A DNA stretch of 40,802 nt, taken from positions 1-40,802 of IMG/VR virus record IMGVR_UViG_3300012953_000003; one strand, written 5' to 3'. Under the pieces are notes generated by a model. It did not search any database. It saw nothing but the letters and a program-made list of their open reading frames with translations, and was not told the DNA's origin. Below are positions 18,891 through 28,146 of the stretch, one piece after another. The translations under genes and the position numbers were made by a program. This DNA is from a virus (Duplodnaviria > Caudoviricetes). How positions within the stretch are numbered: position 1 is the stretch's first letter; every line of letters starts with the position of its first letter.

Positions 18891-20060
18891 ATGAGTCCCG
18901 TTCACGATTATACAATTTCAAACGCCTCTGGAAGTGCTGTTAGGAATGACCTTCAAGACGCGTTAAGGGCTTTAAATTCCGCGAACAGTAACGGCTCGGC
19001 GCCTACTGATCAACTTACGGCTTTTAGTCCGTGGGGCGATACAAGTGCAAATATTTTTAAGCGAAGAAATCAGGGTAATGACGACTGGATTTCTTTAAGG
19101 AAAGCTGACGGCACAGTTTTAATTCCTGACGGTTCGGCTGCTAGTCCAAGTGTTCAACCGTCCGACGATTCAAATACAGGTTTATATAGTCCGGGTGCTG
19201 ATCAAATTGGAGTTAGTTGCGCTGGAACTTTACGTTTAACAATTTCAAGCTCAGCAATAACAACAACAGAGCCGATTGGATTACCTGACGCAGATGCAAG
19301 TCTTCCAGCTCTTGTTTTTTCTGACGATACAGACACAGGAATTTATAGTTCAACAGCTAATCAATTAGATATTGCAACAGGTGGGACAAGAAGATTTTCT
19401 TTAAGTAGTGCTTCCTTAAGTCTTGTTCCTGATTTGGTTTTAGAAAATCAAGCTGATGTTCGCTTTAGTGAGGCCAGCGGGAACGGGTCTAATTATGTTG
19501 CAATTCAAGCTCCTAGCAGCCTTTCCGGAAATATAACTTTGACGCTTCCAGATAATGACGGGGGAGCAAATGAAGTCTTAAAAAGTGATGGTTCGGGAAA
19601 TTTGTCTTGGACAGATACGGTTGCAAATGCAACTTCAGCAACTTCAGCAACTTCAGCAACTTCAGCGACAACCGCAACAACAGCCACTAATGCAGGAGTT
19701 GTTAGAACGTCATCAGGAGTAAACGAAAGTACTGCTGCGCAAGTTTTTGGAGGACGTTGTAAAGCTTGGGCGAATATTATTGGTAATGCAAGCACCCCAT
19801 CAACTAGAGATGATTTTAATGTAAGTAGCTTAACTGATATTTCATATGCAGTAATCCAGATAAATTTTTCAACCAATTTTGCTAATGCTAATTATTGTTT
19901 TACGGCAGGAGCAAAAGCAGGCACTGGATCAGGTGGTGGAGGTAGAGTTGTTTGCGGTTTTGACGACCCTGCTGTTGGTTATTTTAGATTTCAGATGAGG
20001 AACTTAAGTAATTCGGATGAACATGTAGGGTATGCGTGTTTAGCTTTCTTTGGTGATTAA
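18891..20060 (+). CDS. Tail fibre protein 1
   Basis: HDY.I.N.SG..VR.DL N-terminus, repeated PS..F..DTDTG.Y units, C-terminal AW.N...SSLTD domain. Confidence 0.82.
   Translation: MSPVHDYTISNASGSAVRNDLQDALRALNSANSNGSAPTDQLTAFSPWGDTSANIFKRRNQGNDDWISLRKADGTVLIPDGSAASPSVQPSDDSNTGLYSPGADQIGVSCAGTLRLTISSSAITTTEPIGLPDADASLPALVFSDDTDTGIYSSTANQLDIATGGTRRFSLSSASLSLVPDLVLENQADVRFSEASGNGSNYVAIQAPSSLSGNITLTLPDNDGGANEVLKSDGSGNLSWTDTVANATSATSATSATSATTATTATNAGVVRTSSGVNESTAAQVFGGRCKAWANIIGNASTPSTRDDFNVSSLTDISYAVIQINFSTNFANANYCFTAGAKAGTGSGGGGRVVCGFDDPAVGYFRFQMRNLSNSDEHVGYACLAFFGD
19629..19664 (+). repeat. Tandem repeat (GCAACTTCA)x4 encoding (ATS)4
   Basis: Four perfect 9-bp units read directly from the sequence. 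Confidence 0.95.
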
Positions 20061-20121
20061 GTGAAAGAAGAGAAAAAATCTTATATTATAGAAAGAACAA
20101 TTTTTAAAAAAGAAAGAAGTT

Positions 20122-20382
20122 ATGGGCTTTAGTATTGACATGGCAAAAGCCAGAAACATACACAGAGTAAAAATAAGAACAGCAAGAGAACCTAAGCTTT
20201 TAGAACTTGATGTCGAATTTCAAAAAGCACAAGAAACAAGCGCAGATACTTCAGCTATTGTTGCCAAGAAACAGGCATTAAGAGATGCTCCAGCAGATTC
20301 AGGAATCGAATCGGCTTCTGATACAGATGCTTTAAAGGCGCAATGGAATACAACTATTTTAGGCTCTAGCCCTTATAGTTAG
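20122..20382 (+). CDS. Putative tail fibre assembly chaperone
   Basis: IR..R...L..LD...KQALRDAP motif; directly after fibre 1. Confidence 0.7.
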   Translation: MGFSIDMAKARNIHRVKIRTAREPKLLELDVEFQKAQETSADTSAIVAKKQALRDAPADSGIESASDTDALKAQWNTTILGSSPYS

Positions 20383-20385
20383 GTC

Positions 20386-20727
20386 ATGGCTATTGCACCC
20401 GGAACGTATGACATGACGATCCAACGAAGATCGGATCATAGTGTGTCAGTGACGTTAAAAGATTCAAGTAATGCGGCAATAAACATTTCAGGTTATACAT
20501 TAGCTTCACAAATTTGGGACTCAGGACGTACAACTAAAGCGGCAGACGCAACTGTTTCGGTGACTAATGCTTCTGGAGGTGCTTTTACTTGGAGCGTTAC
20601 CGATACTCAGACAACTACATTTACGGCTGATGAGTATAAATATGATGTCTTATTGACTAATCCTTCAGGGCTGAAAGAGTACTGGATAGAGGGTACTATT
20701 TATATGGATGAAGGATACACTGCATGA
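20386..20727 (+). CDS. Virion protein (BppU/fibre-adaptor-like)
   Basis: YD..I, I.ISGY...SQI, YKYDVLL and Y.IEG.I motifs. Confidence 0.65.
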   Translation: MAIAPGTYDMTIQRRSDHSVSVTLKDSSNAAINISGYTLASQIWDSGRTTKAADATVSVTNASGGAFTWSVTDTQTTTFTADEYKYDVLLTNPSGLKEYWIEGTIYMDEGYTA

Positions 20728-20945
20728 CTACGGTAAACATCACAACCAATAAGAATACGGTAACTATTGACGAGGACAATAGTTCAGTCATAACGGTTGC
20801 AACTCAAGGTCCGCAAGCTCCCAATCAAGTTAATGTTGATAGTGCTGTAGATAAATCTATAGTCTATTATGACGGTAGTTCTTCAAGTCTTAAGGCCAAT
20901 AATACTTGGACCACAGACACACTCACCAACGGAGGTAATTTCTAG
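20724..20945 (+). CDS. Small virion/fibre-associated protein
   Basis: Coupled ORF ending in GGNF, like the next fibre gene (GGTY). Confidence 0.6.
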   Translation: MTTVNITTNKNTVTIDEDNSSVITVATQGPQAPNQVNVDSAVDKSIVYYDGSSSSLKANNTWTTDTLTNGGNF

Positions 20946-22330
20946 TGGCTAACACGATCAGGATTAAAAAAAGAGCTGCTAGTGGTTCAGATGGTGCGCC
21001 GTCAAGTCTGTTTCCTTCAGAATTAGCGTTTAACGAAAGTGATTTAAAACTTTATTACGGTTTCGGCGATAACGGGTCAACGCCACCTTCTGCAAGTTCA
21101 ATTATTACCGTTGGCGGATCTGGAGCGTTTTTCGATAAGACAACGACAAGAACAGCAAACACAACTCTTGTGGGTCCTGCAAGTGGTTCGGCTGCGGCTC
21201 CTACTTTTAGAGCTTTAGTTGCTGCTGACTTATTAAAGCTAAATGAATTTACGGCTCCTGATGGTTCTGTTTCTCTAAACAGTCAAAAGATCACATCGCT
21301 TGCAACTCCTGTAGCTGATACTGATGCAGCGACAAAAGCTTATGTCGATTCAACTGCCGAGGGTTTAGACGTTAAAGACTCGGTAAAAATTGCAACCACG
21401 GCAAACATTACCCTTTCAGGTACTCAAACGATTGACGGCGTTGCTATTAGTGCAGACGAAAGAGTTCTTGTAAAAGATCAAAGCACAGCAAGTCAAAACG
21501 GTATTTACCTTTGCAAGGCTGGGTCATGGGCAAGAGCCGACGATATGGCTGCTGGTGGTGATGCTGCTGGAGCGTTCACCTTTGTTGAGCAAGGTTCAAC
21601 ACTTGCTGATACAGGTTTTGTTTGTAGTACTAATAAAGGGTCGGCAGTCGTTGGAACTAATAATTTAGCCTTTACTCAATTTAGTTCCGCAGGGGTTACT
21701 TCCGCAGGAGATGGACTTGATAGAACTGGCAACGTTTATTCTGTCGATTTAAAAAGTAACGGTGGTCTGGTAATTGAGTCTACAGAAATTGCTGTTGACT
21801 TAGCTGCAAGCTCGATAACAGGAACACTTGCCGTTAGTGATGGTGGAACAGGTGCGACCTCTGCTAGTGCGGCCCGTACGGCTTTAGGGCTTGTAATTGG
21901 AACAAATGTTCAAGCTTATGATGCCGAGCTTGCTGCGATTGCAGGATTAGCAACAACAGACGGCGGGGTTATCGTTGGTAATGGTTCAACCTTTGTTCTT
22001 GAATCTGGAGCAACTGCAAGAACTTCTTTAGGAGCGCAAACATTAGCGGCTGATCTTACTTCTTTATCTAGTTGCCAATCAGGAGGTGCTGCCGCTTTAG
22101 CTGCTTTAACTTCAACAGAAATTGAAATACTTGATGGCGCAACCGTAACGACTGCCGAGCTAAATCTTATAGATGGTGGAACCTCTGCAACTTCTACAAC
22201 TTTGGCGGCTGCTGATCGTTTCCTTTGTAATGATGCAGGAACTATGAAACAGGTTGCTCTGTCTGATTTGGTTACTTTCCTTGAGGATGGTGCGACTTCA
22301 GGCTTCGACGTTAACGGAGGAACATACTAA
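20945..22330 (+). CDS. Fibre protein 2
   Basis: I.IK...PS.L...ELA head, DAATKAYVD, RVLVKDQ...QNGIY, GGTGA and VQAYD units. Confidence 0.82.
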   Translation: MANTIRIKKRAASGSDGAPSSLFPSELAFNESDLKLYYGFGDNGSTPPSASSIITVGGSGAFFDKTTTRTANTTLVGPASGSAAAPTFRALVAADLLKLNEFTAPDGSVSLNSQKITSLATPVADTDAATKAYVDSTAEGLDVKDSVKIATTANITLSGTQTIDGVAISADERVLVKDQSTASQNGIYLCKAGSWARADDMAAGGDAAGAFTFVEQGSTLADTGFVCSTNKGSAVVGTNNLAFTQFSSAGVTSAGDGLDRTGNVYSVDLKSNGGLVIESTEIAVDLAASSITGTLAVSDGGTGATSASAARTALGLVIGTNVQAYDAELAAIAGLATTDGGVIVGNGSTFVLESGATARTSLGAQTLAADLTSLSSCQSGGAAALAALTSTEIEILDGATVTTAELNLIDGGTSATSTTLAAADRFLCNDAGTMKQVALSDLVTFLEDGATSGFDVNGGTY

Positions 22331-22359
22331 AACAAATTAAACACTAGGAGGCTTAAAAA

Positions 22360-24333
22360 ATGGCGGTCACAATTAAACTCAAAAACGCAAGTGGCAGCGA
22401 TCCAAGTGCTAGTGATTTAGTTTTAGGCGAATTAGCAGTCCGAACTGATAACGGCAAAATCTTTTTAAAAAAAGATAATGGGTCAGTTGCGGAAGTAAGT
22501 GGCGGCGGTGGTATTGATGATGGAGACAAAGGCGATATAACCGTTTCTAATAGCGGTGATACTTGGACTATTGATAATGAAGTAATAACAAATGCAAAAC
22601 TAGGCGACCTTTCAGTAGGCACTGCAAAAATAGCTGCTACTGCTGTATCGACGGCAAAAATTGCTGATGATGCGGTTACTTATGGAAAAATTCAAAACGT
22701 ATCTGCAACCGATCGTTTATTAGGTCGAGATTCTTCTGGTGCAGGAGTAATTGAAGAGATTTCACCAAGCTCAGTAAGAACAATGCTTGGCTTGGTTGCG
22801 TCAGCTACAACCGATACGACTAATGCAGATAACATTGGATCAGGAACATTAGCAGCGGCTAGGGTCGCTACACTTAACCAAGACACAACAGGCTCGGCTG
22901 CAACATTAACAACAGCAAGAACTATTGCAGGAACTTCGTTTGATGGGTCGGCTAATATTGATATTTCTTATGCAAATCTAACTAATAAATTATCAGTAGG
23001 TGATGGTGGATTAACTCAAAATAATTTTACTAATACGCTGAAATCTAAGCTTGACGGTATTGCTGCGAGTGCCACAAATGTCACCAATAATAATCAATTA
23101 ACAAACGGAGCAGGATATTTAACTTCGGTTGGAACATCTAATATAACTAATGGAGCAGTTATTGGAACTAAAATAGCCGATGACGCAGTGGGTACAGCTC
23201 AGCTTGCTGACGGAGCAGTTAACACCGCAAGAATATCTGATGATGCAGTCACAAATGCAAAAATAGCTGATAATGCGGTTCAAGCTGCACAAATAGCTGC
23301 AAATGCGGTTACAACTTCAGAAATTGCTGACACAACAATAGTTCAAGGAAATATTGCTAATGATGCTGTTACTTATGCAAAGATACAAAATGTATCAGCA
23401 ACAAATAGAATCCTCGGTCGTGATTCTTCTGGAGCTGGAAATATTGAAGAGATAAGTCCGTCAAGTTTACGGACAATGATAAACGTGGCGGATGGAGCTA
23501 CAAATGTTACTAATACTAATCAATTAACTAATGGGGCTGGCTATATAACTTCGGCAGATGGTGGAAACGCTGCAACTTTAGATTCGATTGATTCAAGCCA
23601 GTTTTGTAGATCAGATGCGTCTGACACGTTAACAGGTGCGTCTTATACCTTCAATAGTGGAACTAATCAAAAAATAATTCTTCAAGGTGCAAACGATCCT
23701 TATATCCAATGGCAAGAGTCAACAACTAGCAAGGCTTATATCCAATGGTCTACAGACGGTAATTTTTATATTTGGAATCAAGAGCATAATCGGGGGGTAA
23801 GACTAGGTTCGCAACCATCATTTTATGATGGTTCATATAGAACAATGTGGCACTCTGGCAATGACGGCTCTGGCAGTGGGCTTGATGCTGATTTACTAGA
23901 TGGACAACAAGGAAGCTATTACAGCAATTACAACAATCTATCTAATAAGCCGACTATCCCAACTAACAATAATCAACTAACTAACGGTGCTGGTTATGTA
24001 ACCTCATCTGGAGCACCAGCAGCAACAGGTGCAAGAGTTTGGGTAAATGTAGAGGGAGATGCTGGAACGCCATACTTTAGGGATAGTTATGGAGCCAGTT
24101 CCTTAACTGATATTTCTTATGCTGTTCAACAGGTAAATTTTTCAACTAATTTTTCTAACTCTAATTATTGTTTTGTTTCTGGTGCAAGGGCTGGATCAAG
24201 TGGCGGTGGTGGTCGTGTTGTTGTAGGTTATGACCAGCCAGCAACAAGTTCCTTTAAGTACCAAATGAGAAACTTAGGTAACAACAACGAGCACGTTGAC
24301 GCTGCTTGCCTTTCTTTCTTTGGAGACATGTAA
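22360..24333 (+). CDS. Fibre protein 3 with internal repeats
   Basis: L..GELA head, KIADDAVT decamer repeats, three N.NQLTNGAGY units, GLDADLLDG; C-terminus paralogous to fibre 1. Confidence 0.85.
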   Translation: MAVTIKLKNASGSDPSASDLVLGELAVRTDNGKIFLKKDNGSVAEVSGGGGIDDGDKGDITVSNSGDTWTIDNEVITNAKLGDLSVGTAKIAATAVSTAKIADDAVTYGKIQNVSATDRLLGRDSSGAGVIEEISPSSVRTMLGLVASATTDTTNADNIGSGTLAAARVATLNQDTTGSAATLTTARTIAGTSFDGSANIDISYANLTNKLSVGDGGLTQNNFTNTLKSKLDGIAASATNVTNNNQLTNGAGYLTSVGTSNITNGAVIGTKIADDAVGTAQLADGAVNTARISDDAVTNAKIADNAVQAAQIAANAVTTSEIADTTIVQGNIANDAVTYAKIQNVSATNRILGRDSSGAGNIEEISPSSLRTMINVADGATNVTNTNQLTNGAGYITSADGGNAATLDSIDSSQFCRSDASDTLTGASYTFNSGTNQKIILQGANDPYIQWQESTTSKAYIQWSTDGNFYIWNQEHNRGVRLGSQPSFYDGSYRTMWHSGNDGSGSGLDADLLDGQQGSYYSNYNNLSNKPTIPTNNNQLTNGAGYVTSSGAPAATGARVWVNVEGDAGTPYFRDSYGASSLTDISYAVQQVNFSTNFSNSNYCFVSGARAGSSGGGGRVVVGYDQPATSSFKYQMRNLGNNNEHVDAACLSFFGDM

Positions 24334-24536
24334 TGCCAGTTACTACTAAAACGATTGTTTACACCGATGATGATGGAAACATGTGCATCGTCATTCCTGC
24401 GCCTAATTCAACTTTAACAGTTGAAGAAATTCAAGCTAAGGACGTGCCAAGCGGGAAGACTTCTACTATTGTAGAGAAGTCAATTTTCCCTAATGATCGC
24501 ACTTTTAGGGACGCTTGGACTTATACACCTGATTGA
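24333..24536 (+). CDS. Putative fibre-associated chaperone (67 aa)
   Basis: ATG overlaps the fibre 3 stop (TAATG); IVY..DDG...VIP, KDVP and DRTFRDAW motifs. Confidence 0.7.
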   Translation: MPVTTKTIVYTDDDGNMCIVIPAPNSTLTVEEIQAKDVPSGKTSTIVEKSIFPNDRTFRDAWTYTPD

Positions 24537-24540
24537 TTTT

Positions 24541-24783
24541 ATGACAGTTTCAACCGACTCTCTTAAAAAATATGCTGAAAGCTTAAAGGCTGATTTAGTT
24601 AAGGCTAAAGAAAGAAAAGAACAAGCCCTTGGGATGAGTTCTGAAGCAGATAATCAAATTAAAGTGACTGATGGTGCTTTGCAGTTTGCAAATCTTTTAA
24701 TTCAAGAATCTGAGAAGAATGAGTCTTCTGAAGTTGGAGGCGCAATAACCCTTGAAGGGGAAGTAGAGCAACCAAACCCATAA
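24541..24783 (+). CDS. Coiled-coil hypothetical protein
   Basis: ATG 4 nt after the previous stop; 80 aa, helical. Confidence 0.65.
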   Translation: MTVSTDSLKKYAESLKADLVKAKERKEQALGMSSEADNQIKVTDGALQFANLLIQESEKNESSEVGGAITLEGEVEQPNP

Positions 24784-24833
24784 AAACGATTAAGGTAGTA
24801 TGAGTAATAGCTTTTAAAATAGCTTCTTTTACC

Positions 24834-25070
24834 ATGCAAAAAATAGTAAACATTTTGAGTTTAGTCTCTTTTGGTTTCGTTGTCTTAGCCGCTGGAGCTG
24901 GAACCTATTCGTTCTTTTGGTTAAAGAATCCTGAGAACATTGAGAACGTTAAACAAAAAGTAATTGACGGAGTAATGGATGGAATGAAGCTTCCTTCAAT
25001 GCCAAACGTTACAGGTGGGGCAGTTCCTAAAGCCGCGCCAAGTGCAGGTTTTTCAATTCCTAAGTTTTAA
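24834..25070 (+). CDS. Small single-TM membrane protein
   Basis: Hydrophobic N-terminal helix and Pro-rich tail. Confidence 0.75.
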   Translation: MQKIVNILSLVSFGFVVLAAGAGTYSFFWLKNPENIENVKQKVIDGVMDGMKLPSMPNVTGGAVPKAAPSAGFSIPKF

Positions 25071-25805
25071 TTGGGTGAAATAAAAGAAATTGAAATTCCG
25101 TCTGTAAAGATTTGGACGGTTCCAGACATTACGCCGCCTAAAATAATAGGTTCGCCAAAAGTTCCGCTTCCTTATATCTATTCGCCTTGTGCAGAAGTCC
25201 GGCGGGATTATACGACTAGCAAAAAGATTTTCACGGACGACCCTGAAGGAAATAGTATTTTGTGTCCGGGTATTCCTTGGTTTGATCCGATTCAATACAA
25301 CCCGAAAAAAATTCAAATAATAGAAACACAACAACCAAATATTCAGCCGCCGCCAACTAACACAGCAGCAACACCAACAGCAGAAGTTCCGCCCGTTGAT
25401 GTTTCTTCAGACGAAGAAACACCTTGTCCTGATCCAACAAAAAACAACCCGCGCATTGGAGATATTGCGGCAAGTGGAAAAGAAAAAGTTTCAGGTTTTG
25501 AATTAAGGGATGGGAATTGTGTCGTTTTATATTCTGATATTTCAGCAGTCGAAAAATATCTTCCTCAAGTTTCGACAGTTTCAACAACTAGCGTGATCGC
25601 CTCTACTGCTGTTATTAGTTCCGTTTTAGCAAAGCCTCTTGCCGACCTGATCCTTAAAATTGTAAAGCCTACAATAAAAAAATTAATTACTACTTTAAAG
25701 GCGAAGTTATTGAAAAAGTCTCCTGAAAAGTTAAGCCGTCTTCAGAGGCGGATGATTCAAAAAGATTTGAACCGCGCTCATCGAAAAATGAAAAAGGGAT
25801 GGTAA
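25071..25805 (+). CDS. Pro/Cys-rich protein with C-terminal hydrophobic/amphipathic segment
   Basis: 244-aa ORF with TTG start right after the previous stop; 4 Cys; basic tail. Confidence 0.75.
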   Translation: MGEIKEIEIPSVKIWTVPDITPPKIIGSPKVPLPYIYSPCAEVRRDYTTSKKIFTDDPEGNSILCPGIPWFDPIQYNPKKIQIIETQQPNIQPPPTNTAATPTAEVPPVDVSSDEETPCPDPTKNNPRIGDIAASGKEKVSGFELRDGNCVVLYSDISAVEKYLPQVSTVSTTSVIASTAVISSVLAKPLADLILKIVKPTIKKLITTLKAKLLKKSPEKLSRLQRRMIQKDLNRAHRKMKKGW

Positions 25806-26448
25806 CGCTTTCTATTTTGTGCGCGTGATCGGGCAAAGTATTCGGAGGATTAACAAGATTAACGTCTTTACAAAGACCAAACAAAGGTGATTTTTCAGTT
25901 AACAAAATGCCTTCTTTTTTCCACTTGGCGCAGGTGTTAATTCTTGACGCGTGATAATTTAATTTCTTTGATTCGAGTGAATGTTCATATAACTGAACTT
26001 GTTTTTTCATTGCAGATTTGCAAAGCCTTATCTGTTCCCGATCTAATGGAATTGCAAAGGTCATGGCTATTCCTGATGAGATTGACATGTTGTTTTGTTT
26101 TTGACCTGTTCTTACGGGTTTGTAATAAAGAATCGAACCGGGATTAATCAACGCGCCGTCATCATTTGTTTGTAAATCGTAAACAGGTTCGTTATAGGTT
26201 GGCTCATAAGGTTCGCCATAAGAATTTGTCGTTTGAACAAATGGGTTAATATTTAGGGTGCTTCCTTGACACTGAATAGAAGGACCAACAGAACTCGAAA
26301 ATTGCCTAGAGGGCACAACCTGAATAGATTGATTTGTAACCGAACCAGAGGAGTTTGATGTTGTGTTAACCGTGTTGCTGTAAGCCTTGTTGGAAATATT
26401 TGATAATACAAAAGCAATCGCTAAAGTATATTTTAAACCTCTAATCAC
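25690..26448 (-). CDS. Predicted secreted protein
   Basis: Signal-peptide-like N-terminus, 4 Cys; 116-nt convergent overlap with the previous gene. Confidence 0.75.
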   Translation of the reverse strand: MIRGLKYTLAIAFVLSNISNKAYSNTVNTTSNSSGSVTNQSIQVVPSRQFSSSVGPSIQCQGSTLNINPFVQTTNSYGEPYEPTYNEPVYDLQTNDDGALINPGSILYYKPVRTGQKQNNMSISSGIAMTFAIPLDREQIRLCKSAMKKQVQLYEHSLESKKLNYHASRINTCAKWKKEGILLTEKSPLFGLCKDVNLVNPPNTLPDHAHKIESVTIPFSFFDERGSNLFESSASEDGLTFQETFSITSPLK

Positions 26449-26873
26449 TGGCTAAATGTACTTGTCGAGTCGCTAATACTTTCGATGGTGGTAGTCCTAT
26501 TTATTTCTGTAAAATTAGAAAGCCCGCCAGTTTCTAGCGTTTCGAAATAATTCCAACTTTGTCCCTCATCAACAATGTTATAAGTCGGTCTTGTTGTATA
26601 GCTTGGCGTCGTAACTGTTGTATTAACGCCCTGAACTGTTTGGGTGTTTGTTGTATGCCCAGTAGGTGCAACATTGTTTGTTGAAGGTGAAATATTCATG
26701 CCCCCTGTTGTTAGCTGGTATCCATTACGGAAATCAAAACTTTTTATATTTTCTACGACAACAGATGATGTCTCAGTGTGATTTTGTAAAACTCCTTGCT
26801 GAAAATTTGGGATAACAGCCCCAGCTAAACAAGGGCCATTAAATACAAACAACAACAAGAAAATCCGTTTCAT
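26445..26873 (-). CDS. Predicted secreted beta-rich protein
   Basis: MKRIFLLLFVF...AGA signal peptide; T/S/N-rich. Confidence 0.8.
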   Translation of the reverse strand: MKRIFLLLFVFNGPCLAGAVIPNFQQGVLQNHTETSSVVVENIKSFDFRNGYQLTTGGMNISPSTNNVAPTGHTTNTQTVQGVNTTVTTPSYTTRPTYNIVDEGQSWNYFETLETGGLSNFTEINRTTTIESISDSTSTFSQ

Positions 26874-26968
26874 TATTTATTAATGTCCATGTAATGTTTC
26901 CACATTAAAAAATTAAATGTGGCGACAATAATAACAGCAATAAAAGCAACTAATAAAGGAACGTGCAT
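26873..26968 (-). CDS. 31-aa transmembrane peptide
   Basis: MHVPLLVAFIAVIIVATFNFLMWKHYMDINK*; exactly fills the gap, with TGATG and TAATG coupling at its two ends. Confidence 0.7.
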   Translation of the reverse strand: MHVPLLVAFIAVIIVATFNFLMWKHYMDINK

Positions 26969-27459
26969 CAGTCAACGCTTAATTCTGTTATCACTTGGCC
27001 TATGGCAGAAGTTCCAGCTCCGCCGGCTGTTAGCGTAATTGCTCCATCGCTTAAAATTGTCCCTGCTAATGATCCTGCTGATCCTGCCGCTGTAGAAGTT
27101 ACGTTTGAAAAGTTTGGGACAGCTCCGACGCTTGGGGCGCTAGTGGGAACAGCGTCCCCTTGACTGTATGTAGAACTAAAGGAAAACGCCTGTCCGGGGT
27201 CGTCTTGGGTCGCGGCTATTGTGCCGGGTGAGTAAATGCCTGAACTAATCGCACCCGTTGACACCGTGTTGACTGTCGTTCCATCAGTTGTATCTATGTT
27301 GTTACCGCTGATTGAAAAACTTGAACCTAAACGAGTTGATTGGGTCGCTGCGGCGTTTACGGTGAGCTGAGTTGAAGCCGTAATTTTATGATGAAGGTCG
27401 GCTTTTGAACTTGGTGCTAGTGCCAAAAGAAAAGGCAGAATTAAAAGAGTTTTTTTCAT
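26968..27459 (-). CDS. Predicted secreted S/T/G/A-rich protein
   Basis: MKKTLLILPFLLALAPSSKA signal peptide. Confidence 0.8.
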   Translation of the reverse strand: MKKTLLILPFLLALAPSSKADLHHKITASTQLTVNAAATQSTRLGSSFSISGNNIDTTDGTTVNTVSTGAISSGIYSPGTIAATQDDPGQAFSFSSTYSQGDAVPTSAPSVGAVPNFSNVTSTAAGSAGSLAGTILSDGAITLTAGGAGTSAIGQVITELSVD

Positions 27460-27935
27460 ACAAGTTTTCCTGTTTGTGGGTCAACCGTTTTGCCTGTGAG
27501 TGGATCGACTTTTTTGGGCTGTGGAGTTGTTACGACTTCGGCCCCGTTAATGGTTAAAGGCGTTTGCACTCTAATCACTTGCTCGTTTTGTGTTGTATTG
27601 CTTTTTGCAATCATAGCCTCCATATCTTCTTTGCTCACGCCGCCGCCATTTCCTTTTTTAGATGCTGCCTGAACGCCAAAGGCCGTAAGGGTTGAGGTAA
27701 AAATACTTGCAATAAAGGTCGGGTCAAAATTCTGTTTTTGAAACCCGGGCAAATCAACGTACGCAAGAGTCAAGATAAATCCAGACCAAATGACAATTCC
27801 AAGCCTCACGGCTACGCCGATCAATGCAACCTGTTCATCTTTGTCTGGGGTGATCTCCTGAAGCTTTCCAAGGACTCCTTTATTTTTTTCCTTCTCTTCT
27901 GTTTTTGGCTCGTCTGTTTTGATTTCTTCGGTCAT
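27456..27935 (-). CDS. Two-TM membrane protein
   Basis: Hydrophobic segments VALIGVAVRLGIVIWSGFILTLAYV and FIASIFTSTLTAFGV. Confidence 0.8.
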   Translation of the reverse strand: MTEEIKTDEPKTEEKEKNKGVLGKLQEITPDKDEQVALIGVAVRLGIVIWSGFILTLAYVDLPGFQKQNFDPTFIASIFTSTLTAFGVQAASKKGNGGGVSKEDMEAMIAKSNTTQNEQVIRVQTPLTINGAEVVTTPQPKKVDPLTGKTVDPQTGKLV

Positions 27936-27963
27936 AATAAAAATCTAATCTTATTTAGATTAA

Positions 27964-28146
27964 ATGAATGAAATCATTGCTGCAACCATAGGGGCTTCAG
28001 TTTCGATTGTTCTTATGGCAATTAGCAACATTACCCAACGCAGGGAACGCGACGTTCGGGAGCTATTTTCAAGAATCAATAAGCTAGAAAAAGAAGTTGC
28101 AAAACTTTCCACTTATCCATCACGGCGAAGTAATTGGCGAAGTTAA
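27964..28146 (+). CDS. Small TM + coiled-coil protein (holin-like, tentative)
   Basis: N-terminal TM segment followed by LFSRINKLEKEVAKL. Confidence 0.65.
   Translation: MNEIIAATIGASVSIVLMAISNITQRRERDVRELFSRINKLEKEVAKLSTYPSRRSNWRS

Noticed and set aside
1185-22886. Many 60-130 aa alternative-frame and antisense track ORFs inside structural genes (e.g. 1868-2221, 12201-12587, 19505-19876)
   Set aside because: Fully nested in well-supported genes, with no expression signals or motifs; treated as shadow ORFs.
19760-24333. Paralogous fibre tips as a DGR template/variable repeat pair or invertible shufflon
   Set aside because: Both copies are coding, in direct orientation and diverged at all base types; no reverse transcriptase or invertase was recognised.
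24659-28146. Small hydrophobic ORFs as high-light-inducible proteins (Hli)
   Set aside because: None has the ExxNGRxAM motif.
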